Source: Selaginella moellendorffii (lineage: Eukaryota > Plantae > Lycopodiophyta). Taken from it: a stretch of DNA of 64,000 bases. The translations under genes and the position numbers were made by a program. Below the pieces are notes generated by a model, which was given only the letters and a program-made list of their open reading frames with translations, was not told where the DNA came from and ran no database searches. Positions 35,895 through 49,300 of this stretch are shown here, one piece after another (position 1 is the stretch's first letter; each line of letters starts with the position of its first letter). Location: the NCBI RefSeq assembly GCF_000143415.4, contig NW_003314360.1:228284-292283 (forward strand), read 5' to 3'.

Positions 35895-36530
35895 AATTTG
35901 AGATGGAACAAATTGCAAGTGAAAACTTGTGAGTAGAGTGGTTTAAAGTTTTAACAACTTTAGAGGACCTATATTGAAAAGCTCATATATCAGCGAGAGA
36001 TTCAATATGTGCATCTTGACGAGAATAAGCAATTGTAACCTCAATTCCATCCTTCCGATAGATTTTTTAGATGCCATTGTTCTCTCAAGTTGTCAGAAAA
36101 CAATTATTTTGTGGGAACCATTAGAGAGAACTGCTAAGAAGTGAACAAGATCATGCTAACGAATCATTTCCATCTCTATGAAATTTGTAAGTTTTTTATT
36201 TATTTGTGCTTACAGTCTTAAACTAGACCACAGGTATCTTACTCTCTTGTACTTGTGAAATCCTGTAATTTTGATGCTAGTAGTCCTTGCTCGTGCTTAT
36301 GTAGATACTTATCTTATAACAAGCTTAAATAGGTCTAGTCCCTAGCAAGCATCCTGAAGATAACTTACTTGAGAGTTTTCTATACCTCCATTAATTCCTC
36401 TCATGCAAAAGCTCATTTTTCTCATCAACCTTCCAAGTTGACTCTTTCACTTGCCATCTATGTAGTAACATCCAAGCTTGCAATTATATTGAAGGGAACT
36501 AATTCAGCTCTATGCCAACTTCATTTTCTA
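35895..36530 (+). pseudogene. Degraded paralog of the LRR gene at 20437-22006
   Basis: Colinear exon and intron matches (TTGAGATGGAACAA, GTGGGAACCAT, TTTCCATCTCTA, TATATTGAAGGGAAC) with many deletions. Confidence 0.85.
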
Positions 36531-39500
36531 GAAGGCAAGGGTTTTGTTCACATCTTTAGCTAGAAGAAATTTAGTAAAGAATTTCAATGAAGCAAATTTT
36601 AAAATCAAAGAAAGTGTTCACCATTTTAGTGATTTTAAGGTTGGTTGTGGGGCACATCTTTTAGAAGGTGAAAAATACATTTCTTTGATATGATAATTGG
36701 ATATATCATTGTTACATGGTAAAGTAATATGATGGATGAGAAAGGCCATGCAAATCAAGTATAAAGTAGAGGTGCTAAATCTTCCTAAACCCTCTTTATA
36801 AGCCCCACCCCATTCCTTCTTGACATCTCAATACAACTTCTTGATTATTTCTCTCATTCTGGATGTAGTGCACGTGGTTTTTACCCTTTATCTTATGGTG
36901 ATTTACTATAGAATAACACTACAAAGTGGAACCTAAACCCTCCATGTGCCATGTGGAATCTGAGGTTTAGGGCCTTGGGCCACTGAACGAAGGAATGGTG
37001 CCAAACTCCCAAGCATGGAGCCAAGGAGTAACGAAACCGGACCACAAAGCAATTCCCAAGTATACAGCCCAAGGAGCAAAGGGATAGGAGCCCAGAGCAA
37101 CTTAGAACAGTCCTAGAGCAACCAGCATCCCATTGCCAGGAGTAACACACAAAACGAAACCAAATGGAGTTTAGTGCTATTTTGGCATATTGGTGGCCTA
37201 ACACAAGGACATGGGTACTCCATTAGCTAGCATGGAATGGAACTTGGGCTTAGACCCAAATTGGACACAGAACAAAGACAAGCACGCAAACAAAAACTAG
37301 ACTATGCCTCAGGTTGGCCGATTATACGCAACCTACCCACTATCCCTAATATACATTTGGAACCCCCCACAGCCCCCCCCCCCCCCTCCCTTGAGAAACA
37401 CGCGCTTTGGGCTTTCACCCTAAGCCTCCCTTAGTACCAGGAATTAGTCCCTAGGACAAGCTCGAAACTTACTAAATATGGAATGTCTCTAGATTGTGAA
37501 TTTGGACACAAGACAAACACCATTGTATTCAAGACAATCTCTACATTCTATAAGTATGCCAAATGAGTAAATCTAGACACTTTCCATAAATAGCATTTGG
37601 GACCGAAATGAGACTAACACAAAGGGCATGATAGCGAGGGTGTTTAGCAAACACAGTAAACTATCATCCAGCAATATTGAGGGACTAATTTCAATATGTG
37701 AGGGTTCTTGCCAAGCTAGTGCAAGACAGAGCAAAAGAAAACTAAGAGCCAGGCCGAGTATACTCAACTAGAAACATATAGGAGTTCCTACCTTATGTCC
37801 ATTTGGCTAAGTACAAGTGCTAAGCCCAGTAAATTAACACTTGAACAAGAGGGGCTAATAAAGGGAACTAGCAATATCGACCTCCTACCATCATGGCAGT
37901 AAGGAAAGAGTGTTCGTAAGGATTGACCGACAAGTAACTTTCGATACCCGAAATCACATTTGCGACACTCTCCCCCCCTAGGGAAGATCAACGTCCTCGT
38001 CGATGCATACTCGAGTCTAGAAAACCACTAAGAAAACAACTCTAGTAAAAGTTCACAGTATTCACACTATGTGAGAAATACACCAACTTAAATGAGTTAT
38101 GAGGCAACCTCTATATCTAACGCGGATGCGCTACTAGCTCAGACACCTTCCGGCTGTCGTCGACAAAGAAATGATCAACGGAGCTAGCCACCCTTGCTAT
38201 TTTGGGTGTCATCTAGCTTACAAAAGTGTGATATGCCCTTACCTGTAGGGATATAGAGAGAGAAGCCAAAGGTTTTAACCCTCATAAGCAAAGAAACCAA
38301 ACCTGTCAGTAAGGTTTAGATAGACTACTGTAAACAGGTAGTTAGAGTTGTTTACATGGTCACACCCTTTTTAACGAAATAAGGAACATCGACAGAGAGG
38401 CGGGTGATGTGACCAATCGATAGTAGCTACCCCATGACTAAAGATTTCACCATGCACACGAAGTGCCGAAGCCAGTCTACCTATATTAGCCTAAACTCAA
38501 AGATAAAAAAATGGACAATATCAAAGTTATAAACAATGATATCTTAGAGACTTAATCATTAATGAATAAAACTTAGATTAGAACACAAAAGTATTCCAAT
38601 GAAGTTATCATCCAATAAACCAGTAGTATAATACAGAAACCACCAAGATCATCATAATTGGTAAACATAGGATTCACCATCCAACAAAGTTCAATAACAA
38701 GTATATTATCAAGTAAACTCAATGATAAAACTTAACTACTGAAGGTTGTAGATAGTATGCTAAACAACTTACAAAAGACAACTAAAAGAACACAAAGTAT
38801 TATTAACTAACAAACACAATGCTCGCGAATGTATCACCCGAAGGAAATAACATCCTAATCTATCAAAACTAACTCGAGCAACAATCAACAAAACAAAATA
38901 AATGTGGTAAGACCAACAAACACCTGTTCATGCCAACTATCGCACTAACCAATCTGAATAGATTTCGGTCAATAATACCAAGGAATCAGAGTTGCTTAAG
39001 CAAGTGTCAACAACATCCTACTGATGTATCAATCCAGAACAAACCACAAAGAATATGTGGTATTGCGAAAAGCCAAAAGCCATCAAAGAGAATAACTAAC
39101 CATCATGAAAGATCATCAATCATCCTATCAATAAAGAGATACATAATCATTGTCAAAGAAAAAATCCACCATCCCGAAGAATAGTGAATTATTCTATATT
39201 AAAAACAATCAAACAAAACCTTTGATAAGGATAATCAACTATTATAGATGATAGTCAATCATCACTAATGATCGCCAAACGCAAATACTAACTTTAGCAT
39301 TGAAGCTAATGAGCCAAAAATGCCTTCCCCAATAACTATTAATAAATGGACCACAAGCATGAAAGCTCAAAAAACCAAAAGCTTGAAGAAACCTATAGCT
39401 AAGTCCTGCTTAACAATGATTATAAGTCTTGCACAAACTAACTTTAATGCTAAAGAAGAAATCATGGTACAACCCACAATATCCTCCTCAACACATCCAC

Positions 39501-40574
39501 AAGCCAAACTTCATAATGCCAAAGCTAATGAAAAACATATCTGCATCAATCCAAAAGCCAAGTATAATAGAGTTATGTGTAAGCGACTAAATTTTTCCAT
39601 TTTACTTTAGTCACTTAACCACATCTTCGACCACTTGGAAGAGTTTCACTCACAACCTCCATAAGTCTTATTTCGAACTTAGGCTTGCTAGCCCCGAGAA
39701 TGGCATCCCCACCACTCAACCTTTGTAACTTGGTCCAAGTGCTCCACATGTTTGATCCTATAACTGACACCCCAAGGTACCATCAACATATCAGCCTGTT
39801 ACGCTAATGCCATGCCCCTTCACCTTGGTCACCCCGGTGGTCTAACACCACCTGCATCACAGTCCTTCTCTCAAAGACTAGGCCATCCATCCACAAGTGA
39901 TCATCCTAGATCCACTCCTTAGCATCCTTAAGATGCCCACAGACATGGGGATTAGCCTTCCCCAATATCCCTTTTCCAGTTCCTACCAAGTCCCTTTTTG
40001 TCCATGGCCGTGTTCGCTAACACTGCCACTGGATCAAGGCTCACAAGCCCAACCACTAAGTCCCTCGGTCCTCTGGACTTCCTCCTCATATGACCGTATC
40101 CTTGGTCTCTACACTAGAGGATGCCTCCTCTTCCTTTTCACAGTCTGGGATTTTGGGGCAACATTTTGGAACACCGTGGCCTTATGTGAGCCTCGTGGGT
40201 ACTCTCCCCGCCTTTCGCTTTTGGGTGCTCTAGCCATGGGCTTAGAGCAAGGTTCCATTGAGCCACACTAGGTATCCAAGTAGGTAGTGACACCCACACT
40301 TGGACTGAGAGCATCGGCCAGGTGATCTCCCGAGGGAACTAGAGCCAGCTCTTGAACACTTCACTAAGCTACCCCACTTGTCGGTCCGTGTTCACTCTAA
40401 TCTTGGACTTCCCAGTGGGCAGTTCATCACCCAACATTGGGTATAGCCTTTTTGGGCCAAACTGGCCTTTTCTGGCCAAACTAGCTCCATTGAAGTCCTC
40501 CCCCTTACTATACTTTTGGAGCTCACCAAACCCCCCAGGGTCTGGGAAACGAACACTTTGGGCTTTCACCCTCT

Positions 40575-40825
40575 CAGACTCGAACTCGGACTTGGACTCG
40601 GACTCGGACTTGGTCTTGGCCTCGGCCTCGGCCTCGGTCCTGGTCTCGGTCCTGGTCTCGGTCCTGGTCTCGGTCTCGACCTCGGACTCCATCTCAGGTC
40701 CTTCTCTGACTCCATCTCGGATTCCATCTCGGGTCCATCTCAGACTCCATCTTGGACTCTGTCTCGGTCCATCTCGGACTCCATCTTGGACTCCATCTTG
40801 GGTCCATCTCGGACTCCATCTCAGA
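40575..40825. repeat. LTR minisatellite (CTCGGN hexamers, GGACTCCATCTC units); also at 46340-46640 and 1540-1625
   Basis: Imperfect 6/9/12-bp tandem units with variable copy number. Confidence 0.9.
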
Positions 40826-43467
40826 TTCTTCCACGTGTCATGTGTTGGTCCTTTTGGGTCCCTTTTTAGAGCCTCGCTTATTGCTCGCTTCGTGCTCATT
40901 CCTCGAGCACTTTGTTAGGAGTTCCACTCCCGCTCTCAACCTTTCAAATCGGAGTTTTTAGTCCAAATGAGTTACGCTCGTTTGGCTTTCGCTTTGGCCA
41001 CTACCACGTGGCACCCTTTCGGCTTGACTTTGGGGCCTAGGGATTTTGTGTCTCACAACTCCACCACCCATAGACGAAGTTCGATGTCCTCATCGAACGG
41101 TAAACCCCTTTTATAAAGTAACACCCACATGTATTACCATTTCCATCCTTGGCACTCAGCCAAAGTTTGTCTATGGTTTGACACTGAAAGCTCATTATGC
41201 TTTGTCCATCCTCTAAGGAGCATAGTCTCTCCAACTTAGAGACTTATTCGACCACTTGTGGTGGTTTTTTCCGTTTATTTGGTTTAGTCATCGCTAAACT
41301 CGTCAGAGGCACCTCCTCTATCTCAATCCCACTACTCCTTCTCGAGTAGTCTCAATTTCCCTCGATTGAACATTTGCACTTTGGAACTTTTATTTTTTGA
41401 CTTCTTGAAATCAATTTCCTAGGTGTCTTCAACATTTTGCATTGCACATATTGTGCAACTCCACTTCCTCATCTTAGGAAGTTATTTACTTGAGGGCACT
41501 GTCATCCTCTCTTCTATTTTGTGCCACCTTGGGCACTAAGTTAAAGAGACCTACTAAGGGTGAACACCCTCTGGACTTGGCAAAGCAAAGTCTTTGCTAT
41601 GGAACCGAACGGATACCTCAAGAATGGAGGTAGTGATCCAATGTTGCTGGGTGCAGCAATCAAGGATAGAAGCAAAAGACTAGTGGCTAAGAAAAGAGCC
41701 ATGGGAATCAAGGGAAAGAATCTAAAAGGCAAAGTTAAGCTAGGAACACTAATGTGTTGGGTGCTGACGAATTATAGGAAAAACAATGTGTTTCCAAGGA
41801 TGGATTCCCAACTGCTCCGATTTGGCAAAAGTGGAAGCTCCAAGGATTTTCTATTGTGGGCTCTATCCCTGGCCCCACTTTGTGACCCTCCTATGGGTCT
41901 CTTGTAGAGACTATTGTATTCAGACTCACTATGCCATTGCATAGTCACAAATTATTTCCCTTAAGTGTTCTTCCCACTTGGTCACCTTGACCAAGCCACA
42001 CTATCATCAATAGTTCAAACCTACACTTTGAACTAGGGACTTTATCCCTTAACTTCACAAGAACCTTGTCCTTGTTTTTAGTCATAAGATCACCTAGTGA
42101 CCACACTTTGGCACCTTAACAGGTTTGCCAATAGGTATTAAGTCTTCCAGATCTTTAAGTTGTTGACCATGACCCCGGGGGCATCCCCCACACTTGGCGG
42201 TGCACCCAAGCCAGCCCTTCCGGCTAAAGGTCTATACCAACTGAGACTGGGTGTCCCCATCTCATTCACCACGTCCTTGGTGCCATTCGCACCAAAGTGT
42301 TCAAGTTAGATATGCTGAGCCACACTAAGCAATCTAACCGTGCATCATGACTTCGAGGCATCCCTCGCTTGGCGGTGTGCCCAAACCAGTCTCCTCTCTG
42401 AGAGTCCATGACCACCAAAAAATGAATGTCCTCATATTCCAAACCATCACCACGCCCTAGTGATTTGGGACTCGAACCCAAGCACTAAAGGGTCAGGACT
42501 CGAACCCAGCCTCCGTATATGCATCTACGGATGGCATCACACAGGATGCCTGGCGTGACTCCCTACGCCAGTGCATCAATATATATTTAAAGCACGCTAT
42601 AGATCACAACTTAGGAACCTAGTTCCTCTGCACTGCCAAGTTCTCTCACTTGACAAGTCTGTGATCATGCATGGACTCCTCCATGCTCGGCCGCATGGGC
42701 CACCCCCTTTTGAAGTTAGCACCTTCAATTAGGGGATTTGTTCCCCTGACTCGCCAATCTTGCTTAGCAAGTCATCCGGCCATCATAACATGGTTCATGC
42801 ATAAGTGTGAAAGTCCTTAACCATCAACTTTCGTTCAAAGCCCTCTCTTTGAACACTCGGGAACTACTTCCCCAACCTTGATAGCCTCACCTCATAGCCA
42901 GTTTTAAGACTACGCTTCTGCTATGCCACTCTGATTTTGCGCGCTCTAGGAACTATTTACACTTGGCTTTCTAAGTATTTATTTACCTAGAATTGTCTTT
43001 GGGAACTTTCAAGGAACTTTGTTCCTTAGCTTGCTAAGGCTTCTCTTTCACAAACTCCCTATTCACTATAGTCTAACATGGATAATTCCACATTTTTTAC
43101 TCTTCATGGCATCACGGTTGCTAGTAGCAACATCCTTGAGCACCCTCTTGATTCTCCACTCCCAACTTACATAACCACCATTGGTTATGCCCTTCGATTT
43201 CTATGGTTTAATTCCATCCCAATACTACTTGCCTTTTGGCCCCATATATTTCCTTTGGTTATTCTCCTCTAAACTAGAAGGATACCTTTGCACATTTTAC
43301 CATGCCTTAGCAAGTATTCATAGGGATGAACCTACTCGATAACTTAGGGAGTGGTTCTTCAATCTAGGCATGCTCACTTTATAATCCCACACACCGGGAT
43401 TACCGTTGCTACTTATGGGCCTCCATATACCCATCACTAACCTTGCCAAAATCCCATTTTTAGCTTT

Positions 43468-43854
43468 TGTCAGGAATCCCCCAATTCTTGCCACATTCCT
43501 GACTCTCGCCGGATTCCTGACTTGCAGACCACATTCCTGATTCTCAAGATACTTCCCTATTCCTGACTCTTGAGATACTTCCCTATTCCTGACTCTCTGA
43601 TTTCCTATACGATTCCTGAGTCTCGAACCACATTCATGATATTGATGTGGCGCCTCCTCGACCTCAGCTATATTTAGGCCATCCTCGATCCAAGAGTGGT
43701 GGAGCTTCATCAACCTATAGTATATATAGGTTAGCTTTGTTCCATTTCTCCACAATCTGAATCAACGCCAGTCTAAGACCTCTTCTTTGTTTCCACTAGT
43801 TTTTCTCTTTGTCTTTTGCATTTTCCAGTCTTGATCTTGTTGAAGGTCTTGACA
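43468..43854 (+). mobile_element. Solo LTR of the 12490-15747 family
   Basis: TGTCAGGAATCC...TCTTGACA flanked by a perfect TSD GCTTT. Confidence 0.95.
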
Positions 43855-46231
43855 GCTTTGTCTAAATTGGGTAGACGGATTCCTCCCATCTCCACAACCT
43901 TGGACGTTTGGATAGCATCTCCTATCCATCATTCACTAGGGATTTAGTCCCTTGGGCCTTATCTATTGCCCTCGCGACACTAAACACCACCTTTTGGTGT
44001 TCCAAAGTGTTTCGGTGTCCCAATGATGGTCTCCTGGACAATGAGTATTTCCTTTTTCGACATTGACTCACTATATCGCAACATAAACAATTTATCCCCC
44101 GTAAGGGTATATCTAACTTCCTTATGCCATTAAGAAGTCTTGGGTAGCTACTTTCTACTTGTTTAACTAATTATTTCGCACCTTTTGCTTAGTTGCCTCA
44201 TAGTTGTCAAGTCTTACAACTCATTGCTGCTGCTTCCACACCTCCATCATTATCTAGATCACCACACTCTAACCGTATACCTTATAGCTTAGGCTATGCC
44301 ATTCCCATTTCCATTGGGATTCCTTTGGATGGGGTTCTCATGAACTCGCCAACTTGACCTCAAGGCAGCACGCCTTGGCACTTTCGGTGTCTCCACACCA
44401 TCAGCTCCATAAGCCTACCTTTATGACACTTTTTACTTGTGTCTAGGTCTTTTTGCCAAGACCAATATAGTTATCTCTTATGCCAATCATCCATTAGCAC
44501 TGCACCATAGAGTTTATGCACAACTTTGCGTCAAAGTTGTTTTCTTCCGGGAAACTTTTTCCCACGACTTTAGCATGGCACCTTCTGTCATCAATGAGAG
44601 ACATACTGTTCTCATGCTTGGATCTCAAGATCCTCCCCATCCTTCATGGGGCACCACACACCTCAGTCCAAATGCTTCCATCAATCCCTTAGGATTATTC
44701 CTTGACTCTATTGGAGTTATTCAACTTTTTGGACTTTGCTAATCCGACGACTCATAAGGTTTTACTTTTGAGGTGCTAGCTCACTGGAATACAACTCCTT
44801 GTATTTATGTCCTACTCACAAGGACCATATTTGCAAGTGTTACTCCGACACTTGATTTGTTCTCTAGGGGCAACCTTTTACCCCTTATGACCACTAGTCC
44901 ATGTGATGAAAATACCAACTCATCCTCTAAGTACACCCCCAACTCCTTGGGTTGTTCCAGCATTTATTAGAGGTAGCCCTGGCTACCATTTCAAGGACTT
45001 GTGTCCTCATCCACATTTGACCTCCCACGGTCATTAATTCTGGTCTCAAATTCACGAGCATCAACCTCAACTTCATGAGGGTAATTTTATGACTCCTTTA
45101 TTGTTTTGGAGTCTCTATCTTCCCCGTGACCCAACTATAGTTGTTTACCACAATTATATTAGCCAGTTTGCTGAGTCAAACACTCATCTGGATCACATCC
45201 TCAACTCCATGAGGAAAACCTTGCACTGTTCCCAAGATCCCAAAGTCATTCCATTATTGGCCCTTCTCTATCCACCACCTCATTTACAAGTTCACACATG
45301 AACTGTAATGGAGAGCCATGTCTTCCCGACCTGCTACTCCTCAAGGATAGGCCCATTCCTCGGACCTTCTGATGTGGTGATATACTTGAGCACCAATAAA
45401 AGTCGGACTAAGGAACAGCTCCGATACCAAGTTGTAAGCGACTAAATTTTTCCATTTTACTTTAGTCACTTAACCACACCTTCGACCACTTGGAGGAGTC
45501 TCATTCACAACCTCCAGAAGTCCTATTTCGGACTTGGGCTTGCTAGCCTCGAGAATGGCATCCCTGCCACTCAACCTTTGCATTTGGTCCAAGTGCTCCA
45601 CGTGTCTGATCCTATAACTGACACCCCAAGGTACCATCAACATATCAGCCTGTTACGCTAATGCCATGCCCCTTCACCTTGGTCACCCCGGTGGTCTAAC
45701 ACCACCTGCATCACAGTCCTTCTCTCAAAGACTAGGCCATCCATCCACAAGTGATCATCCTAGATCCACTCCTTAGCATCCTTAAGATGCCCACAGACAT
45801 GGGGATTAGCCTTCCCCAATATCCCTTTTCCAGTTCCTACCAAGTCCCTTTTTGTCCATGGCCGTGTTCACCAACACTGCCACTGGATCAAGGCTCACAA
45901 GCCCAACCACTAAGTCCCTCGGTCCTCTGGGACTTCCTCCTCATATGACTGTATCCTTGGTCTCTACACTAGAGGATGGCTCCTCTTCCTTTTCACAGTC
46001 TGGGATTTTGGGGCAACATTTCGGAACACCGTGGCCTTACACGAGCCTCGTGGGTATTCTCCCCGCCTTTCGCCTTTGGGTGCTCTAGCCATGGGTTTAG
46101 AGCAAGGTTCCATTGAGCCACACCAGGTATCCCAGTAGGTAGTTGCCACCACACTTGGACAGAGAGCATCGGCCAGTCGATCTCGCGGGGGAACTAGAGC
46201 CGGCTCTTGAACACTTCACTAAGCTACCCCG

Positions 46232-46331
46232 NNNNNNNNNNNNNNNNNNNNNNNNNNNNNNNNNNNNNNNNNNNNNNNNNNNNNNNNNNNNNNNNNNNNN
46301 NNNNNNNNNNNNNNNNNNNNNNNNNNNNNNN
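46232..46331. other. Assembly gap (100 N)
   Basis: Run of N. Confidence 1.
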
Positions 46332-49300
46332 ACTCGAGCTTGGGCTTGGTCTCGGGCCTCGGCCTTGGCATCAGTCTCGGTCTCGATCTCGGTCTCGGTC
46401 TCGGTCTCAGTCTTGGTCTTGGTCCCGGTTTCGACCTCGGACTCCATCTCGAATGCCATCTCAGGTCCATCTCGGACTCCATCTCGGACTCCATCTCAGA
46501 CTCCGTCTCGGTCCATCTCGGACTCCATCTCAGTCTCCATCTCGAACTCCGTCTTGGACTTTGTCTCGGTCCATCTCGGACTCCATCTCGGACTCCATCT
46601 TGGGTCCATCTCGGACTCCATCTCAGGTCCATCTCGGACTCCTCCACGTGTTATATGTTGGTCCTTTTAGGTCCCTTTTTAGAGCTTTGCTTATTGCTCG
46701 CTTCGTGCTCATTCCTCGAGCACTTTGTTGGGAGTTCCACTCCCGCTCTCAACCTTTCAAGTTAGAGTTTTTAGTCCAAACGCGTTACGCTCATTTGGCT
46801 TTCGCTTCGGCCACTACCATGTGGCACCCTTTCAGCTTGACTTTGGGGCCTAGGGATTTTGTATCTCACACTATGGTCAACAAGTGATCACTAAACGATC
46901 CTTTATGAATCCATCTATAGCAAGACGTAACTCACTTCATAACAAGCACAAGAAGAATCATCAATGATCGATATATTCCAACTCAAACCCAATAAAGATT
47001 TAAACATTCCAATATCAATTACTAACCTTTTCTCCCGTAGAGTTATAGTTGCCCACAACTAAATCACTTTTTAAAGAAAAGTTCAAATCTCAACCCCTAC
47101 TAAACAATCTCGTCTAGAACACAACTAACTCAATTTTCCATTCAATTCATTTGAACGTCAACATAGTTGTTAACTAGCAAATGCATGAATGTTAATAACA
47201 CAAAGCTATAGCTAAATCATCAACACTATTTTCATTGAGACTAATGAAACCTAATATCAATTATATAGAAAGACATCTCATCTCATTTGAATCTCAACAA
47301 CAACAATGTCAACAACAAAGCATCACTTCAATGCCATCAACACTATAATAAAGCTAATAGAAAGCAAGAATGAATCACCACTCAAAGCTCTTTAGCAACC
47401 AAGTTAACCAGAGTCGAAGAGACTATACTTAGTATTTGAGACTAATTCTTCAACAATACTTAGCTACAGATAACACTTCATCAAGGAGTGAATCACCACA
47501 TCCAAGACTTAATAAAATCTAACACTACAGACTAAACACGACTAAATGATATCGACAAAGGTAGAGTCGACATGCCAACATGGAAAACCATGTAAGTCTA
47601 ACGACACGATCCTTTGCAACACCATCCGGTAAAGCAAGTCTATCATTGCTAAATCTTCATCGAGTGAAGCAAGTGTTAATAGTTCTCAACAAAGTCTACA
47701 AGTAATCACTAGTTGCAAAGCAACTAACAATCACCCTTCAACTTGCCTTCACAAGACCCAAATACTAAACTCATGTCATCAAGTTATATACTTATCCAAG
47801 ATGAATGTAAAACCCCAAGTACAGGATAAAGGTTCATAGACAAGCACGAATTAAATGACCACTTGAATCCAACTCAACCATAATAAGCTCACTAATGCAT
47901 TTAGCCAACAGCTCTGAGCATGCTTTGAAGAGGCTAGTTATACACGATCAACACTTAGTCGAAACTAAAGTGAAGACCATGAGATGGACTCATATCGGTA
48001 CACAACCTCTTCATAGACAAAGCTATAGTACGGGTACCAACACCTCAACTTCAAACAACTAAATTGAACATCACCATCTTTAGCCAAGGCGCAAGGCCAT
48101 CAAGACTAAGTCAAAATCAGTGAGAGCTCACTACTCTCATAGAGTCTTAATGAAATGCAAGATGCAACCTACCACCAAGCATAGCACTAAGAGAAAAGCA
48201 CAAGAGTCACCTTTCTAAAAAAGCGCAATAGCCACTTTTGTATACTAACTCTAGACTCTATCCAATTCAATTGCCTTAGCTCTAAAAGTCAGCATCCCTT
48301 TTGGGTTGCATCTTACAAACTACCTACTAAAGTGTAAACTAACCAAAGTCAACTCCAACCCCTTCACTAGTTTGTATTGGCTTACAAAAACAGAATGGTT
48401 TTCGAGCAAAGTGATTAACAGATCAGCCATTGAAAAAGCCTAAGAAAATTTGTGAAAAATTTTCCATCCTAGAGAAAGAATGATTCTCAGTTTAGGAATG
48501 TAAACTTTCAAGACTCAACTAACTTCCTTCTACCTACTACTTCACATAGGCTCACCTCAACACAAATTCTCATGATCCATCAATATGCTTAAGCATCAAA
48601 CATTATGCCTATATTTTTTATTTTCGACACCAACATCTGCAAAAATGCAAAAATGAATATCTAAAGTTTGATCACGAAGACCACATCTTTGGATACCCAC
48701 ATTGCACCAACACTTTTCTTCAATCACCTTCAAGATCCAATATAAAGCTAAACACTAACAAAAAAAATGACTTGAAAAATCAAGATTTAAAGAAAAATTC
48801 CTCATCACTCAACATGACAATGTCATCTCCACTAACACAAGTGCTAGTGATGTCAATGCCTTAACTACACATCTTCTCCATCTAACAATTTACTCTAAGT
48901 GCTAATGGATCAACCAACGAGCTATAACAAATGAATGCTACCACCCTTTTCCAACACTATAATAGACAAACTCTTCAAGGAATAAGGAACCAACTTAAGC
49001 TTAGCATAATGGATCACCATTGAGAATTTAGTCAAAACTACTACAATGTTACTTCATGCAAGTAGAATAGCTTCACCATCAACCTCTTTAGGGTTGACCA
49101 TCATTTAACTAAGCAACTTCACAAACACATTACTCATTATCATATGGATATGATATAAGTATCACAATGACTTGATCATTAATTGAGCAACACTATGAGC
49201 AATGCACATGTCACTACTATAAGGGTTTATGTGAATATCAAGTGTCAACTCGACTCGACAAAATACAACATAAATGCTACACTCCACCGATAGAAACTTA

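Larger units (their letters stand above)
39578..46870 (-). mobile_element. Nested decayed LTR retrotransposon with ~1.5-kb, tandem-repeat-containing LTRs
   Basis: LTRs 39578-41057 and 45433-46870; TSD TTATG/CTATG; tRNA-iMet PBS (GCTCCGATACCA on +, 45418-45429); no intact ORFs. Confidence 0.9.

Noticed and set aside
40352-40961. ORFs of 117-226 aa with ESE/RTPS/LGL repeats (also 46097-46887 and 1170-1589)
   Set aside because: They arise from stop-free minisatellites in LTRs that are open in several frames, and some span an N gap.
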